Positions 9,051 to 20,519 of a stretch of DNA of 64,000 bases are shown here, one piece after another. This DNA is from Chthoniobacterales bacterium (GTDB taxonomy: Bacteria; Verrucomicrobiota; Verrucomicrobiia; Chthoniobacterales; Chthoniobacteraceae). The notes beneath the pieces are model-generated. The model ran no database searches. It worked only from the letters and a program-made list of their open reading frames with translations, and was not told where the DNA came from. Both the position numbers and the translations under genes were made by a program. Numbering within the stretch: position 1 is the stretch's first letter; every line of letters starts with the position of its first letter. Location of the stretch: NCBI GenBank assembly GCA_038318725.1, contig JBBQCM010000012.1:13788-77787 (forward strand). Direction: 5' to 3'.

Positions 9051-11639
9051 TTAGAGGCCCGGGAGGGTGCTCTGGGTGCAGCGGGTGATGTGGGCCTGGT
9101 GGTTGAGGAAGCTGTCGGCGACGTGGGTGTGGATCTCGGAGACTTGCCGCAGGAGGCGGCGGAGCAAGGGCTCGAGGGAGGAAGTTTCTCCGATCGCCGC
9201 GGGGAGCAGGGGCGGCGGGGTATCCTCATCGGCGGAGGGGGCGAGATGGCTGGACCAGTGGAGTCGCGGGAGGGTGCTGAGGAGGGCCTCGAGGGCGGCG
9301 GGTGCGCCGGCCTGTTCCGGGGCGACGCTTTCGCGCAAGTGCAGGGCACATCTTTCCAGGCAGCGGAAGACGCTGCGCGGGACCTGCGGGTGCTGGTAGA
9401 GGAGCTCGAGGACGGGGATGGGTTCGGCGCGCATCTGGTAGATGCGGCGGTAGGCATCGCGGCAGCCGAGGAGGCGGAGGAAGGCGGACAGCTCGATCTC
9501 GCTGGCGTGGCTGGCGGCGGTGGCGGCCTCGAGCGCGGGGGCGATGGAGAGGACGCTATTGGCGGTGATGACGGCGCGCTCGAGGTGGAGGCCGATCTGG
9601 CAGAAGGCCCAACCGTCGTCGGCGAGCATGGTGCCGGTGGCGGTGGCGAGGAATTGCGGGATGAGTCCGGTGACGTGGTCGGCTTGGCGCCGGGTGACGC
9701 GGGCGAGCTGGTCGGCGGCGATTTTTTCGGTGAAGCGGGTGCGGGCAAAGGTGGCACGGAGCCGGGCGAGGGTGGCCCAAGCTTCCGGGGAGAGGCTGTC
9801 CTGGACGCTCTCGGCATTGAGCATGGCGCGCTGGAAGGTGCGCAGGACGCTGCCGGTCTCGGGCGCGAGGAGGAGGCGATAGCGGTCGAGGCGGTTGGCG
9901 ATGGAGCGGCGGGAGGTGCCGGCACTTTTCTCGAGCGGGGGGAGGAGCTTGTTCCAGATGGGGCGGTAGAGGCGGCGCTCGGCGTCGTTCAGCTCCTCGG
10001 TTTCGAGGGCCTCGATGGTCTGGATGAGGTAGGCCTGGTGGTGGGCGCGTTCGAGGTAGCGGCCCATCCAGTAAAAGCGCTCGGCCACGCGCGAGGTGAC
10101 CTGCCGAGTGGGCAGGGCTGGGTCGGTGCTGCGTCGGGCGGAGGCGGTGGAGAGGTGCGTGGGGTTGCCGGGTTCGTCGAGCACCCAGGAGTCTTTGCTG
10201 GTCCAGCCAAAGCCGAATTCGCCCGCGGGATCGGCGCGGGAATAAACGCGGGTGAGCGCCCCGGGAAAGACCTGCACGCTGTCGCTTTCCCCACCCGCCC
10301 GCACAGCGAAGACGATGTGATCCTGCCGATGCTCGACGCGCTGCCCGCGCTCGTAGCAAAGCGTGAGCGCGCCTTCCTCCCGCGGCTGGGCCACGAAATG
10401 CGCGGGCTGCCGCCGGACTTCGGCGAGGACTTGCGCGGGATCTCGGGCGGCGGCGCGCTCCCAGGAGCCGCTGGTGTCTTCGCGCGAAACGGGGCGGATG
10501 CGGTAGGCGTCGGGTTCGTCGAGGACGAGTTCGCGCTGGTCGATGTCGCCGAGCCAGAGCGTGGGGACGGTGGGGAGGAGGGGATTTTCGCCGAGGTAGA
10601 AGCGGATGATCTTCGGCGCGAAGGCGAGGAGGGCGCGGTCGTCGGCGAGCTGGGAGCCGACGGCGTTGAGCAGGGCGACGGTGCCTTTGCGCAGGCAATG
10701 GATGAGGCCGGGCACGCCGAGGTAGCTGTCGCTGCGGAAGACGAGCGGATCGAGGTAGGCGTCGGCGACGCGATTGTAGATGACTTCGACGCGTTCGAGG
10801 CCACGGACGGTTTTGAGAAAGACGCGGTCGTCGAGCACCAGCAGGTCGCCGCCCTGAACGACGGGAATGCCCATGCGCCGGGCGAGGAAGGACTGTTCGC
10901 TCGAAACCGCCGAACCCGCGCCGGGGCTGAGGAGGACGACCGTGGGATCGGAGTCGGCGGTCGTTTCGCGCAGGCGTTCCATGATCGCGAGGGGCATCTC
11001 GGCGAGGGAGAGCACGGGGGTGTCCTGAAACATCTCGGGGACGACGCGGGCCAGGGCACGGCGGTTTTGCATCATGTAGCTGAGGCCGGTGGCGTGGCCG
11101 AAGTGATGATGCTTTACCTGAAGCTGGCCGCGGGCGTCGCGCGCCAGGCACAGTCCGCTGAGATGGAGGAAGCGCCCGTGCGGCAGTGGCAGGCCGCTGG
11201 CGGCGTGCTGAAAATGCGGGCTGCCGAGCACGGCGTGGATCGGAACGATGCCGGCGCGGAGGATGTCCCGCGATCCATAGACATCGGCGAGGAAGAGCTC
11301 GAAGGCGTGCAGCCGCTGGCGGAAGCCGCGGACGATCAGCGCCCAGTCCGCGGCGTCGAAAAGATGCGGCAGCAGATCGCAGGTCCACGGCTGGCGGCCC
11401 CACGGGTCGCTGCGGGTGATGTCGAAGTTTACGCCCATCTCGCGGAGCGTGGCTTCCATGCGGTCGTCGAGCACGCGCAGATCCTGCGGGCGGAGGTCGC
11501 CGAGGTCGCGCAGGAGCTTTGCATAAAGCGGGCGGGGGGAGCCGTCCGGGAAGTGAACTTCGTGCCACGAGGGCGGCAGGGCGGCGGTGGCGGCGGGCAT
11601 GGCGCGGCGGAGAGTCCGCGCCGCGCGGAGCGAGGTCAA
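9051..11639 (-). CDS. Fused circularly permuted ATP-grasp type 2 (DUF404+DUF407) and alpha-E (DUF403) protein; predicted amide/peptide ligase
   Basis: The N-terminal ~480 aa (QPWTCDLLPHLFDAADWALIVRGFRQRLHAFELFLADVYG...GIPVVQGGDLLVLDDRVFLKTVRGLERVEVIYNRV...) follow the CP-ATP-grasp pattern. The C-terminal ~300 aa contain the alpha-E signature RVAERFYWMGRYLERAHHQAYLI. The start could also be the internal M at 11600. Confidence 0.8.
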   Translation of the reverse strand: MTSLRAARTLRRAMPAATAALPPSWHEVHFPDGSPRPLYAKLLRDLGDLRPQDLRVLDDRMEATLREMGVNFDITRSDPWGRQPWTCDLLPHLFDAADWALIVRGFRQRLHAFELFLADVYGSRDILRAGIVPIHAVLGSPHFQHAASGLPLPHGRFLHLSGLCLARDARGQLQVKHHHFGHATGLSYMMQNRRALARVVPEMFQDTPVLSLAEMPLAIMERLRETTADSDPTVVLLSPGAGSAVSSEQSFLARRMGIPVVQGGDLLVLDDRVFLKTVRGLERVEVIYNRVADAYLDPLVFRSDSYLGVPGLIHCLRKGTVALLNAVGSQLADDRALLAFAPKIIRFYLGENPLLPTVPTLWLGDIDQRELVLDEPDAYRIRPVSREDTSGSWERAAARDPAQVLAEVRRQPAHFVAQPREEGALTLCYERGQRVEHRQDHIVFAVRAGGESDSVQVFPGALTRVYSRADPAGEFGFGWTSKDSWVLDEPGNPTHLSTASARRSTDPALPTRQVTSRVAERFYWMGRYLERAHHQAYLIQTIEALETEELNDAERRLYRPIWNKLLPPLEKSAGTSRRSIANRLDRYRLLLAPETGSVLRTFQRAMLNAESVQDSLSPEAWATLARLRATFARTRFTEKIAADQLARVTRRQADHVTGLIPQFLATATGTMLADDGWAFCQIGLHLERAVITANSVLSIAPALEAATAASHASEIELSAFLRLLGCRDAYRRIYQMRAEPIPVLELLYQHPQVPRSVFRCLERCALHLRESVAPEQAGAPAALEALLSTLPRLHWSSHLAPSADEDTPPPLLPAAIGETSSLEPLLRRLLRQVSEIHTHVADSFLNHQAHITRCTQSTLPGL

Positions 11640-11663
11640 GCGGGATGCGGGCGGATTTCCCGA

Positions 11664-12443
11664 CTAGCGCAGAACCGCAAGGCGGAAGCCGCCGGGCGCA
11701 GATCCGCGGGCGGCGATTTGCAGCACGCGGCGGAGCGGCGCTTCGCCCTGCTCGGTCGCGAGCATCAGGGTCTTGTCACCCACATTCCACATGGCCACCG
11801 TCCACGACCCTTCGCGCACGATCCGCGGCGGGCCGTCCGGTGGTACGCCTGCAAGCCCAGCCCGGTCAGTGGTGAAAAGGTGAACCAGTTCGCCGCCGCC
11901 GAGGTTGAAGCAGACGAGGGACATCTTGTGCCCGTCCCACGCGATCGTCTTGCAGCCGAGCGGGGCCTTTCCGCCGAGCGCGGCTGGCGGCGGAACACCA
12001 TGAGCGTGCAGCCAGGCGGTCAGTTGTGCCGGGTCAGGCTGCGGAAGATCGAAGGTCTCGCGGCCCGCAATCACGCCGGACAACACCGCCAGTCCATGTT
12101 TCTGCCAGTCGGCCAGACCATCTGCCCTGCCCAGCCACAGCCCCGCGACGCCAAAGAACAGCGCGAGCATTGCCGCCAGTGCCCAGACGCGGGGCGCAGC
12201 CCACCACGAGCGCCGTCGGCTGACTTTCGCCCCGGCGAGAATTTTCGCTTTCAAATCCGCCGGCACGACCACCGCGCGCAGCCGCTCAGCGACGGCGCGA
12301 TCAAATTCCTGCTGCTCTGCGAGCCACTGCGCGAGCGAGGGATCGTTCTTCGCGGCCTCCAGCGCCGGGGCGAAAGTCGGGTCGCTGGTATCCTGCCCGT
12401 TGGGCCGGTAGGCGCTGAAAAGGAGGCGGGCTTCGTCGTTCAT
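11664..12443 (-). CDS. Anti-sigma factor (single-pass membrane protein)
   Basis: ATGA overlap with the upstream ECF sigma gene. It has a short cytoplasmic N-terminus, one TM helix (VWALAAMLALFFGVAGLWL) and a periplasmic domain. Confidence 0.7.
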   Translation of the reverse strand: MNDEARLLFSAYRPNGQDTSDPTFAPALEAAKNDPSLAQWLAEQQEFDRAVAERLRAVVVPADLKAKILAGAKVSRRRSWWAAPRVWALAAMLALFFGVAGLWLGRADGLADWQKHGLAVLSGVIAGRETFDLPQPDPAQLTAWLHAHGVPPPAALGGKAPLGCKTIAWDGHKMSLVCFNLGGGELVHLFTTDRAGLAGVPPDGPPRIVREGSWTVAMWNVGDKTLMLATEQGEAPLRRVLQIAARGSAPGGFRLAVLR

Positions 12444-13009
12444 GCGGCTCCTTTCCCCGCCGCGGGCAGCGGAATGATTTTGCGTCCGACGTCCGCATTG
12501 GCGTCGAGCAGCAGTTGGCGGAGCTGCGCTTTGCCACGCGAGAGCCGCGACATCACAGTGCCAATGGGAATCGCGAGCACGGCGGCGATTTCCTGATACG
12601 AAAGCTCTTCAAGATAGAAGAGCGAAAGCGGTGCGCGAAAGACCTCATCCACCCGCGTGAGCGCAGCCACGACGGTGCCGCCGTCGATGTCATTGAAGAT
12701 CGACGGCGCGACGCTCGGCATCTCGTGGGAGACATCTTCGAGTTCGACGTGCGGGAATTTGGTGCTGTGGCGGTAGGTGCTCACGTATTCGCGGTAAAGG
12801 GTGGTGAAGAGCCACGATTTGACCTTCGCGCGGTCGCGGAGTTGGTGGCCCTTGGCCGCCCAAAGGTAAAATGTCTGCTGCGTGAGATCAGCGGCGTCGC
12901 TTGCGTTTTTCGCCAGAGAGATGGCGAAGCGGTAAAGCGCGACGTACTGCTGATCCACGAGTTCATTGAAGTCGATCGGGCGCACTGCGGATGGGAGGGG
13001 TTCGCTCAT
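12440..13009 (-). CDS. RNA polymerase sigma-70 factor, ECF subfamily
   Basis: 189-aa product with region 2 (YVALYRFAISLAKNASDAADLTQQTFYLWA) and a region 4 HTH (LSYQEIAAVLAIPIGTVMSRLSRGKAQL). Confidence 0.9.
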   Translation of the reverse strand: MSEPLPSAVRPIDFNELVDQQYVALYRFAISLAKNASDAADLTQQTFYLWAAKGHQLRDRAKVKSWLFTTLYREYVSTYRHSTKFPHVELEDVSHEMPSVAPSIFNDIDGGTVVAALTRVDEVFRAPLSLFYLEELSYQEIAAVLAIPIGTVMSRLSRGKAQLRQLLLDANADVGRKIIPLPAAGKGAA

Positions 13010-13109
13010 GGATTATTCCCGGATTTGTGGCAGCCCAGCAAAAAGGCGGTGAGCTGTCGAGCCGCACCAATGCTTGACCGGCGGGCCACCAAAAGGGTGA
13101 ACAAATCCG

Positions 13110-13138
13110 TTGACACCCCTGAGTGAGCTGCCTAGTTT
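13110..13138 (+). promoter_or_regulatory. Candidate sigma-70 promoter for rplM-rpsI
   Basis: TTGACA (13110-13115), a 17-nt spacer, then TAGTTT. It lies 35 nt upstream of the rplM ATG. Confidence 0.35.
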
Positions 13139-13172
13139 GCCCGCCCTTTTCCGAAACGGAGAACAGATTTTC

Positions 13173-13607
13173 ATGAAGACATTTTCAGCCAAAGCCAACG
13201 AAGTAAACCGCCAATGGTGGCTCATCGACGCTGCCGACCAAGTCCTCGGACGCGTCGCCGTCAAAGCCGCCACCCTGCTCCGTGGCAAAGAGAAGGCGAT
13301 CTACACGCCGCATTGCGACACCGGTGATTTCGTCATCGTCATCAATGCGTCGAAAGTCCGCGTGACCGGCAAGAAGGAAACGGACAAGAGCTACATGAGC
13401 TTTTCCGGTTACGTCGGCGGCCACAAGAGCGAGACCGTCAAAGCCCGCCGCGCCCGCCGGCCCACCCTGCTCGTGGAGCGCGCCGTCAAAGGCATGATCC
13501 CGCACAACAAGCTGGGCCGCGCAGTTTATACGAAACTCAAGGTCTATGCCGGTGCCGATCATCCGCACGAGGCGCAGCAACCGCAACCGGTCAAAGAGAT
13601 CGTCTAG
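13173..13607 (+). CDS. rplM: 50S ribosomal protein L13
   Basis: Product [39 protein letters not shown]..., with GGAGAA 10 nt upstream. The track ORF from 13110 includes leader sequence. Confidence 0.95.
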   Translation: MKTFSAKANEVNRQWWLIDAADQVLGRVAVKAATLLRGKEKAIYTPHCDTGDFVIVINASKVRVTGKKETDKSYMSFSGYVGGHKSETVKARRARRPTLLVERAVKGMIPHNKLGRAVYTKLKVYAGADHPHEAQQPQPVKEIV

Positions 13608-13636
13608 TTCCTTTCCAGACCCACTCCTCACCTCTC

Positions 13637-14026
13637 ATGTCTCAAGAATTCATCGCCACTGGCCGCCGCAAAGAAGCCGTCGCCCGCATCCGCATGTCAC
13701 CCGGCACCGGCAAGATCGAAGTCAACGGCCGCGCGTTCGAGGACTACTTCAAGACGGTCAATCTGCAGAACACCATCCTCCGCGCCTTCGAGGTGGTGAA
13801 GGTCACGAACACCTTTGACGTGAGCGTGAATGCGACTGGCGGCGGCCTCAACGGCCAGGCCGGCGCAGTGCGGCTCGCGATCTCCCGCGCGCTCACCGAG
13901 GTGAACCCGGAGTTCCGCGCGATCCTCAAGCCCGTGGGTTTCCTGACTCGTGACCCCCGCATGAAGGAGCGCAAGAAGCCCGGCCAGCCTGGTGCCCGCA
14001 AGCGTTTCCAGTTCAGCAAACGCTAA
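13637..14026 (+). CDS. rpsI: 30S ribosomal protein S9
   Basis: The 129-aa product ends ...GARKRFQFSKR. Classic rplM-rpsI pair. Confidence 0.95.
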   Translation: MSQEFIATGRRKEAVARIRMSPGTGKIEVNGRAFEDYFKTVNLQNTILRAFEVVKVTNTFDVSVNATGGGLNGQAGAVRLAISRALTEVNPEFRAILKPVGFLTRDPRMKERKKPGQPGARKRFQFSKR

Positions 14027-14070
14027 GAGCCTTCCATTTCCGCGAAAGCGAACCGCTTTCCTCCTCGAGA

Positions 14071-14120
14071 CCCGCGCTGCGCGACCCCCATAAAGATCAC
14101 GCGCAGCGCGGGTTTTCTTT
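14071..14120 (+). terminator. Rho-independent terminator after rpsI
   Basis: CCCGCGCTGCGCG, a loop, CGCGCAGCGCGGG, followed by TTTTCTTT. Confidence 0.55.
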
Positions 14121-14315
14121 GCCCCGGCGCGGACACCTCGTCCGGTGGTGCGTCTCGTTCGAACGTGCTGACGCCGCCGGTTTCAGCGCTTTTTCGCGGT
14201 GCCGCGTCCAGAAGGCCCCCATTTTTCGAAGCGGATCACTGTTGCTTCAGCGCTGACTTGACCGACGCGCTTTGTTCCTCCTTACTGCTGCGCTTTTTTG
14301 AACACGAAACACATC

Positions 14316-17300
14316 ATGACCAACCAGGGACTGCCGGAAAAACAGGGGCTGTACGATCCGCAATTCGAGCATGACGCCTGCGGCGTCGGCTTTGTCTGCC
14401 AGATGAAAGGAAAGCGCTCGCACGAGATCGTGGAGCAGGCGTTAACCATCCTCGTGAACCTCGATCATCGTGGCGCGTGCGGCTGCGAGGCGAACACCGG
14501 CGATGGCGCGGGCATCCTGATGCAGGTGCCGCATGGATTTTTGAAGAAGGTCGCCGGGGCGAAAGGGATCACGCTTCCCGAACCGGGGCAGTATGGCGTG
14601 GGCATGCTTTTCTCCTCGCCGAATGTGGGCGAAAGGGCGGAGAGCGCGCGGCAGTTTGCAAGGATCGCGGCGGAGCAGGGGCAGACGGTGCTCGGCTGGC
14701 GGGACATTCCGACGGATAATTCCTCGCTCGGGGCCACGGCGCGGGCGAGTGAGCCGTTTATGCGGCAGGTTTTCATCCAGCGCGGCCCGAACTGCGTGGA
14801 TGAGCAGGCTTTCGAGCGCCAGCTCTACATCATCCGCAAGCGCGCCCATGTGGAAATTCGCGCGGCGAAGGTGGACGACTTCTGGTATTCGGCGAGCCTC
14901 TCGTGCAGGACGGTGATTTATAAAGGCATGCTCATGCCCGAGCAGGTGGGCAAATACTTCGCCGACCTCCGCGACCCCGATCTCGACACGGCGCTGGCGC
15001 TGGTCCATTCGCGCTTTTCGACAAATACTTTCCCGAGTTGGGAACGGTCGCACCCATACCGCTACATCGCGCACAACGGTGAGATCAATACGCTGCGCGG
15101 CAATGTGAATTGGATGCGCGCGCGGCAGGCGCTGCTCGAAAGCGAGCTTTTCGGTGACGACCTCAAAAAGATCCTGCCGATCGTCAACGTGAACGGCTCG
15201 GACTCGGCGATGTTCGATAACGTTTTCGAGTTGCTCGTCATGGGTGGACGCTCGCTGCCGCACGCGATGATGATGATGATCCCCGAGCCGTGGGCCGGCC
15301 ACGAGTCGATGAGCGACGAGAAGAAGGCGTTCTACGAATATCACTCCTGCCTGATGGAGCCGTGGGACGGCCCGGCGTCGGTCGCTTTCACGGACGGCAA
15401 AATGATCGGCGCGACCCTGGATCGCAATGGCCTGCGCCCGTCGCGTTATTACGTGACCAAGGACGACCTTGTGATCATGGCGTCGGAAGCCGGGGTGCTG
15501 CCGATCGCGCCGGAGCGCGTGGCGTTCAAAGGGCGCTTGCAGCCGGGGCGGATGTTCCTCGTGGACATGGAGCAGGGCCGCATCATCGCGGACGAGGAGA
15601 TCAAAAACAAAATCGCCGCGGAACAGCCGTATCGCGCGTGGATCGACGAGCACATGGTCGAACTCGCGTCGGTCAAAGACGCGCCGGAAATCCCCGAGCC
15701 GGATCACAAGACTGTGCTCCAGCGCCAGCAGGCGTTTGGCTACACGTTTGAAGACCAGCGCATGTTGCTCCTGCCGATGGCGGGGACGGGCGTCGAGGCC
15801 GTCGGCTCGATGGGCACGGACATCCCGCTCGCGGTGCTCTCCGACAAATCGAAGCTGCTCTACGACTACTTCAAGCAGCTCTTCGCGCAGGTCACGAACC
15901 CGCCCATCGACTGCATCCGCGAGGAACTTATCACCTCGGCGGAAACGACCATCGGTTCCGAGCGGAATCTTTTGCAACCGACGCCGGAAAGCTGCCATCT
16001 CATTGAGTTGAAGTCGCCGATCCTCACCAATGGCGAACTCGCGAAGCTCAAGCATGTGGCGCAAGGCGAGTTCAAATCGGTCACGATCCCCACGCTGTTC
16101 AATCCGAAACTCGGCGCGCGCGGACTCGAAAACGCGCTCGCGGAAATCTGCGCGCAAGCCGACCGCAGCATCGCGGCCGGCGTGAACATCCTCATCCTCA
16201 GCGACCGTGGCGTGAGCAAGGAGAACGCCCCCATTCCTGCGCTGCTGGCCGTTTCTGGGCTGCACCATCATCTCATCCGCGAAGGCCAGCGCACGCGTGT
16301 CGGCCTCGTGCTCGAATCGGGCGAGCCGCGCGAAGTGCATCACTTCTCGGCGCTCATCGGCTACGGCTGCGGCGCGATCAATCCGTATCTCGCGTTCGAA
16401 ACGCTCGACGACATGATCCGCCAGGGCTTGCTCGTGAACGTCGATCACCAGACCGCGTGCAAGAACTTCGTCAAAGCCGCGACCAAGGGCGTCGTCAAAG
16501 TCGCGTCGAAGATCGGCATCTCGACAATTCAAAGCTATCGCGGCGCGCAGATTTTCGAGTGCGTGGGGCTTAACCAGGCGGTCGTGGACAAATACTTCAC
16601 CGGCACCGCCACGCGCATCGAAGGCGCGGACATGGACGGCATTGCGGGCGAGGTGCTGGTCCGGCACAACCACGCCTTCCCCGACCGGCAGGTCAATGGA
16701 CACACCCTCGAAGTCGGCGGCGATTATCAATGGCGCAAGGAAGGTGAGGCGCACCTTTTCAGCCCGCAGGTCATCCACGCCTTGCAGAAGGCCGTCCGCA
16801 CCGGCAACTACGAGACTTTCAAGCAATACTCCGGGTTGGTGAACGAGCAGGGAAAGAAACACTTCACCCTGCGCGGCTTGCTCGATTTCAAAAAGCGCGA
16901 GCCCGTGCCGATTGAGGAAGTCGATCCGGTGGACGCGATTCTGAAACGCTTCAAAACCGGTGCCATGAGCTACGGCTCCATTTCGAGCGAGGCGCACGAA
17001 GCGCTCGCCATCGCGATGAACCGCATTGGCGGAAAATCGAATACCGGAGAAGGCGGCGAGGACCCTGAGCGCTATACATGGACGAACGATCGTGGCGACT
17101 CGAAGAACAGCGCGATCAAGCAGGTCGCCTCAGGCCGTTTCGGCGTGACGAGTCTTTACCTGTCCAAGGCGAACGAACTGCAAATCAAGATGGCGCAGGG
17201 CGCGAAGCCCGGTGAGGGCGGACAGCTCCCCGGAACCAAGGTGTATCCGTGGATTGCAAAAGTGCGCCACTCCACGCCGGGCGTCGGCCTCATCTCGCCA

Positions 17301-18902
17301 CCGCCGCACCATGACATCTACTCGATCGAAGACCTCGCCGAGCTGATTCACGATTTGAAAAACGCGAACCGCGCCGCACGCATCAGCGTGAAGCTGGTGA
17401 GCGAAGTCGGCGTCGGCACGATCGCCGCCGGTGTGGCGAAGGCGCACGCCGATGTGGTGCTCATCGCGGGCTTCGACGGCGGCACCGGGGCTTCGCCGCA
17501 GACCTCGATCAAGCACGCCGGTCTGCCGTGGGAACTCGGCCTCGCCGAAACGCACCAGACGCTCGTGCTCAACAACCTCCGCTCGCGCATCGCCGTCGAG
17601 ACGGACGGTCAGTTGAAGACGGGCCGCGACGTGGTCATCGCCACGCTGCTCGGGGCCGAGGAGTTTGGTTTCGCCACCGCGCCGCTGGTCACACTCGGCT
17701 GCATCATGATGCGCGTTTGCCATCTAAACACCTGCCCCGTCGGCGTCGCCACGCAGGATCCGGTGCTGCGGGCAAACTTCACCGGCGACCCCGAGCACAC
17801 CGTGAACTTCATGAAGTTTATCGCGCAGGAAGTCCGCGAGATCATGGCCCAGCTTGGTTTCCGCACGATCAACGAAATGGTCGGACGCACCGACGCGCTC
17901 GAACCGAAGAGCGCCGTCGAGCATTGGAAAGCGAAAGGCATCGACCTCTCGAAGCTCCTCTACTCGCCGGTCACCGCCCCCGACGTGGGCCGCTACTGCA
18001 CCGACATTCAGGACCACAGCCTCGAGAAGTCGCTCGACATCACGACGCTGCTCGACCTGTGCGAACCTGCCATCGAGCGCGGCGAAAAAGTCACCGCCAA
18101 GCTGCCGATCAAGAACACCAACCGCGTCGTCGGCACGATCCTCGGCAACGAGATCACCAAGCGCCACCCGAAGGGACTGCCCGACGGCACCGTGCATTTG
18201 CAGTTTGAGGGCAGCGCCGGCCAGAGCCTCGGCGCGTTCGTTCCGCGCGGCGTGACGATCGAGCTCGAAGGCGACGCCAACGACTATGTCGGGAAGGGCC
18301 TGAGTGGTGGACGCATCATCATTTATCCACCGACCGCTTCCACGTTTGTCGCCGAAGACAACATCATCATCGGCAACGTCGCGCTCTACGGCGCGACCGA
18401 CGGCGAGGTTTTCATCCGCGGCATGGCCGGCGAGCGTTTCGCCGTCCGCAACTCCGGCGTGAACACGGTCGTCGAAGCCGTGGGCGACCACGGCTGCGAA
18501 TACATGACCGGCGGCAAAGTCGTCGTCCTCGGCCCGACGGGCCGGAACTTTGCCGCCGGCATGAGCGGTGGGACCGCCTACGTCCTCGATGAGGCGGGTG
18601 ACTTCGCCACGCGCTGCAACATGCAGATGGTCGCGCTTGAACAAATGGAAGCGGCGGAAGCCGAGGAAGTGCGCCAACTCATCAAGCGGCACGCCGATTA
18701 CACCAAGAGCCAGAAAGCGTTCAAGGTGCTCGCGCTCTGGGAGGAGATGCTGCCGAAGTTCGTGAAGGTGATGCCGAAGGACTACAAGCGCGTGCTCCAA
18801 GCCTTGAGCAAAGCGCAGGCCGACGGACTCAGCGGCGACGACGCGCTCAACGCCGCCTTTGAAGCCAATGCCCGCGATGTCGCGCGTATCGGCGGCGGCT
18901 AG
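14316..18902 (+). CDS. gltB: Glutamate synthase (NADPH/ferredoxin) large subunit
   Basis: The ~1528-aa product has [16 protein letters not shown] (Ntn amidotransferase Cys), a central FMN/3Fe-4S domain and the C-terminal GXXGG beta-helix. The track start at 14298 is a TTG, and ATG 14316 (MTNQGL...) is more likely. Confidence 0.95.
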   Translation: MTNQGLPEKQGLYDPQFEHDACGVGFVCQMKGKRSHEIVEQALTILVNLDHRGACGCEANTGDGAGILMQVPHGFLKKVAGAKGITLPEPGQYGVGMLFSSPNVGERAESARQFARIAAEQGQTVLGWRDIPTDNSSLGATARASEPFMRQVFIQRGPNCVDEQAFERQLYIIRKRAHVEIRAAKVDDFWYSASLSCRTVIYKGMLMPEQVGKYFADLRDPDLDTALALVHSRFSTNTFPSWERSHPYRYIAHNGEINTLRGNVNWMRARQALLESELFGDDLKKILPIVNVNGSDSAMFDNVFELLVMGGRSLPHAMMMMIPEPWAGHESMSDEKKAFYEYHSCLMEPWDGPASVAFTDGKMIGATLDRNGLRPSRYYVTKDDLVIMASEAGVLPIAPERVAFKGRLQPGRMFLVDMEQGRIIADEEIKNKIAAEQPYRAWIDEHMVELASVKDAPEIPEPDHKTVLQRQQAFGYTFEDQRMLLLPMAGTGVEAVGSMGTDIPLAVLSDKSKLLYDYFKQLFAQVTNPPIDCIREELITSAETTIGSERNLLQPTPESCHLIELKSPILTNGELAKLKHVAQGEFKSVTIPTLFNPKLGARGLENALAEICAQADRSIAAGVNILILSDRGVSKENAPIPALLAVSGLHHHLIREGQRTRVGLVLESGEPREVHHFSALIGYGCGAINPYLAFETLDDMIRQGLLVNVDHQTACKNFVKAATKGVVKVASKIGISTIQSYRGAQIFECVGLNQAVVDKYFTGTATRIEGADMDGIAGEVLVRHNHAFPDRQVNGHTLEVGGDYQWRKEGEAHLFSPQVIHALQKAVRTGNYETFKQYSGLVNEQGKKHFTLRGLLDFKKREPVPIEEVDPVDAILKRFKTGAMSYGSISSEAHEALAIAMNRIGGKSNTGEGGEDPERYTWTNDRGDSKNSAIKQVASGRFGVTSLYLSKANELQIKMAQGAKPGEGGQLPGTKVYPWIAKVRHSTPGVGLISPPPHHDIYSIEDLAELIHDLKNANRAARISVKLVSEVGVGTIAAGVAKAHADVVLIAGFDGGTGASPQTSIKHAGLPWELGLAETHQTLVLNNLRSRIAVETDGQLKTGRDVVIATLLGAEEFGFATAPLVTLGCIMMRVCHLNTCPVGVATQDPVLRANFTGDPEHTVNFMKFIAQEVREIMAQLGFRTINEMVGRTDALEPKSAVEHWKAKGIDLSKLLYSPVTAPDVGRYCTDIQDHSLEKSLDITTLLDLCEPAIERGEKVTAKLPIKNTNRVVGTILGNEITKRHPKGLPDGTVHLQFEGSAGQSLGAFVPRGVTIELEGDANDYVGKGLSGGRIIIYPPTASTFVAEDNIIIGNVALYGATDGEVFIRGMAGERFAVRNSGVNTVVEAVGDHGCEYMTGGKVVVLGPTGRNFAAGMSGGTAYVLDEAGDFATRCNMQMVALEQMEAAEAEEVRQLIKRHADYTKSQKAFKVLALWEEMLPKFVKVMPKDYKRVLQALSKAQADGLSGDDALNAAFEANARDVARIGGG

Positions 18903-18940
18903 TTAGGGAAATAACAGGGAACAACAACGCCAAGACACCC

Positions 18941-20425
18941 ATGGGAAAACCAACCGGCTTCATCGAATATCTCCGCGAAATCCCCGCCGACCGCGCGCCG
19001 CTGGAGCGGGCGCGGGATTGGCAGGAGTTTCATTTGCACATGCCGGAGGACAAACTCCGCACGCAAGGAGCGCGCTGCATGGATTGCGGCATCCCGTTCT
19101 GCCACACCGGCACGCTGATCAGCGGCATGGCGAGCGGTTGCCCGATCAACAACCTCATCCCCGAATGGAACGATCTCGTCTATCGCGGCCTGTGGAAGGA
19201 AGCGCTGGAGCGTCTGCACAAGACGAATAATTTCCCCGAATTCACCGGTCGCGTCTGCCCCGCGCCGTGCGAAGGCTCGTGCGTGCTCGGCATCAATGCG
19301 CCGCCCGTCACGATCAAAAACATCGAGGTTTCGATCATCGACAAAGGCTGGGACGAAGGCTGGGTGAAACCCGAGCCGCCGAAGATTCGCACGGACAAAA
19401 GAGTGGCCGTAATTGGCTCCGGACCAGCGGGTCTTTCCGCCGCGGCGCAACTCAACAAAGCCGGCCACACCGTCACCGTGTTCGAGCGGGCGGATCGTCC
19501 GGGCGGGTTGCTCATGTATGGCATCCCGAACATGAAACTCGACAAGGAGCAGGTCGTCCTGCGCCGCATCAAGCTGCTCGAAGACGAAGGCGTGACGTTT
19601 CTTTGCAATACCGAGGTCGGCAAAAATTTCCCCGCCGAGACGCTGGCCGCGGAGTTCGACGCCACGGTCATCTGTACCGGCGCGACCAAGCCGCGCGATC
19701 TCCCGATTGAAGGCCGCGCGCTCAAGGGCATCCACTTCGCGATGGACTTTCTCACCGCGAATACGCGCGCCGTTTTGGATCAGCACAAGAACGGCAACTT
19801 CATCACCGCCGAGGGCAAAGATGTGATCATCATCGGCGGCGGCGACACCGGCACGGACTGCGTCGGCACCTCCATGCGCCACGGCTGCAAGTCACTCGTG
19901 CAGGTCGAAATTCTGCCCAAGCCACCGATGGATCGGGCGCAGGACAATCCGTGGCCGGAGTGGCCGAAGGTTTATAAAATGGACTACGGCCAGGAGGAAG
20001 CCGCCGCCAAATTTGGTGACGATCCCCGCGTTTATGTCACGACCGCCACGAAGTTCGAGGGCGACGAAAACGGCCAGGTCAAAGCCGTCCACACCGTGCA
20101 GGTGGAGTGGGCGCGCAACGACAAGGGCCAGTTCATTCCGAAGAACGTCCCCGGCACCGAGAAGGTGCTGCCTGCGCAACTCGTCCTCCTTGCGATGGGT
20201 TTCCTCGGACCAGAACAGCCGCTCCTCGACGCTCTCGGCGTGGAGCGCGACGCGCGCAGCAACGTCAAGGCCGAGCACGAGAAATACACCACCAGCCTTC
20301 CGAGCGTCTTCGCCGCCGGCGATTGCCGCCGCGGCCAGAGCCTCGTCGTCTGGGCCTTCAACGAAGGCCGTGGCGCTGCTCGCGAGTGCGACCGGTTCCT
20401 GATGGGCGCGACGGATTTGCCGTAG
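18941..20425 (+). CDS. gltD: Glutamate synthase small subunit (NADPH-dependent, FAD/NAD-binding)
   Basis: The 494-aa product has Fe-S cysteines ([19 protein letters not shown]) and the dinucleotide fold [14 protein letters not shown]. It starts 38 nt after gltB. Confidence 0.95.
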   Translation: MGKPTGFIEYLREIPADRAPLERARDWQEFHLHMPEDKLRTQGARCMDCGIPFCHTGTLISGMASGCPINNLIPEWNDLVYRGLWKEALERLHKTNNFPEFTGRVCPAPCEGSCVLGINAPPVTIKNIEVSIIDKGWDEGWVKPEPPKIRTDKRVAVIGSGPAGLSAAAQLNKAGHTVTVFERADRPGGLLMYGIPNMKLDKEQVVLRRIKLLEDEGVTFLCNTEVGKNFPAETLAAEFDATVICTGATKPRDLPIEGRALKGIHFAMDFLTANTRAVLDQHKNGNFITAEGKDVIIIGGGDTGTDCVGTSMRHGCKSLVQVEILPKPPMDRAQDNPWPEWPKVYKMDYGQEEAAAKFGDDPRVYVTTATKFEGDENGQVKAVHTVQVEWARNDKGQFIPKNVPGTEKVLPAQLVLLAMGFLGPEQPLLDALGVERDARSNVKAEHEKYTTSLPSVFAAGDCRRGQSLVVWAFNEGRGAARECDRFLMGATDLP

Positions 20426-20495
20426 GAATGTTCGCCGCCTGAAACACAGCTTCCCAGTTAATCGTGTATTCAGAAGCCCTCAGCGTCGGAACGAA

Positions 20496-20519
20496 GGGGG
20501 AATTTTAGTTGAGTTCCCC
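20496..20519 (-). terminator. Hairpin overlapping the stop of the 837-aa protein gene (possible terminator)
   Basis: Minus-strand reading GGGGAA-ctcaactaaaa-TTCCCCC followed by TTCGTT. Confidence 0.3.

Noticed and set aside
9039-12596. 1185-aa plus-strand ORF spanning the ATP-grasp, anti-sigma and sigma genes
   Set aside because: It is antisense to three well-supported genes. The Gly/Ala/Arg-rich low-complexity translation is typical of GC-rich frame artefacts.
14442-16997. 851-aa minus-strand ORF inside gltB, plus the 358-aa ORF 17724-18800
   Set aside because: Both are antisense to the unmistakable glutamate synthase large subunit.
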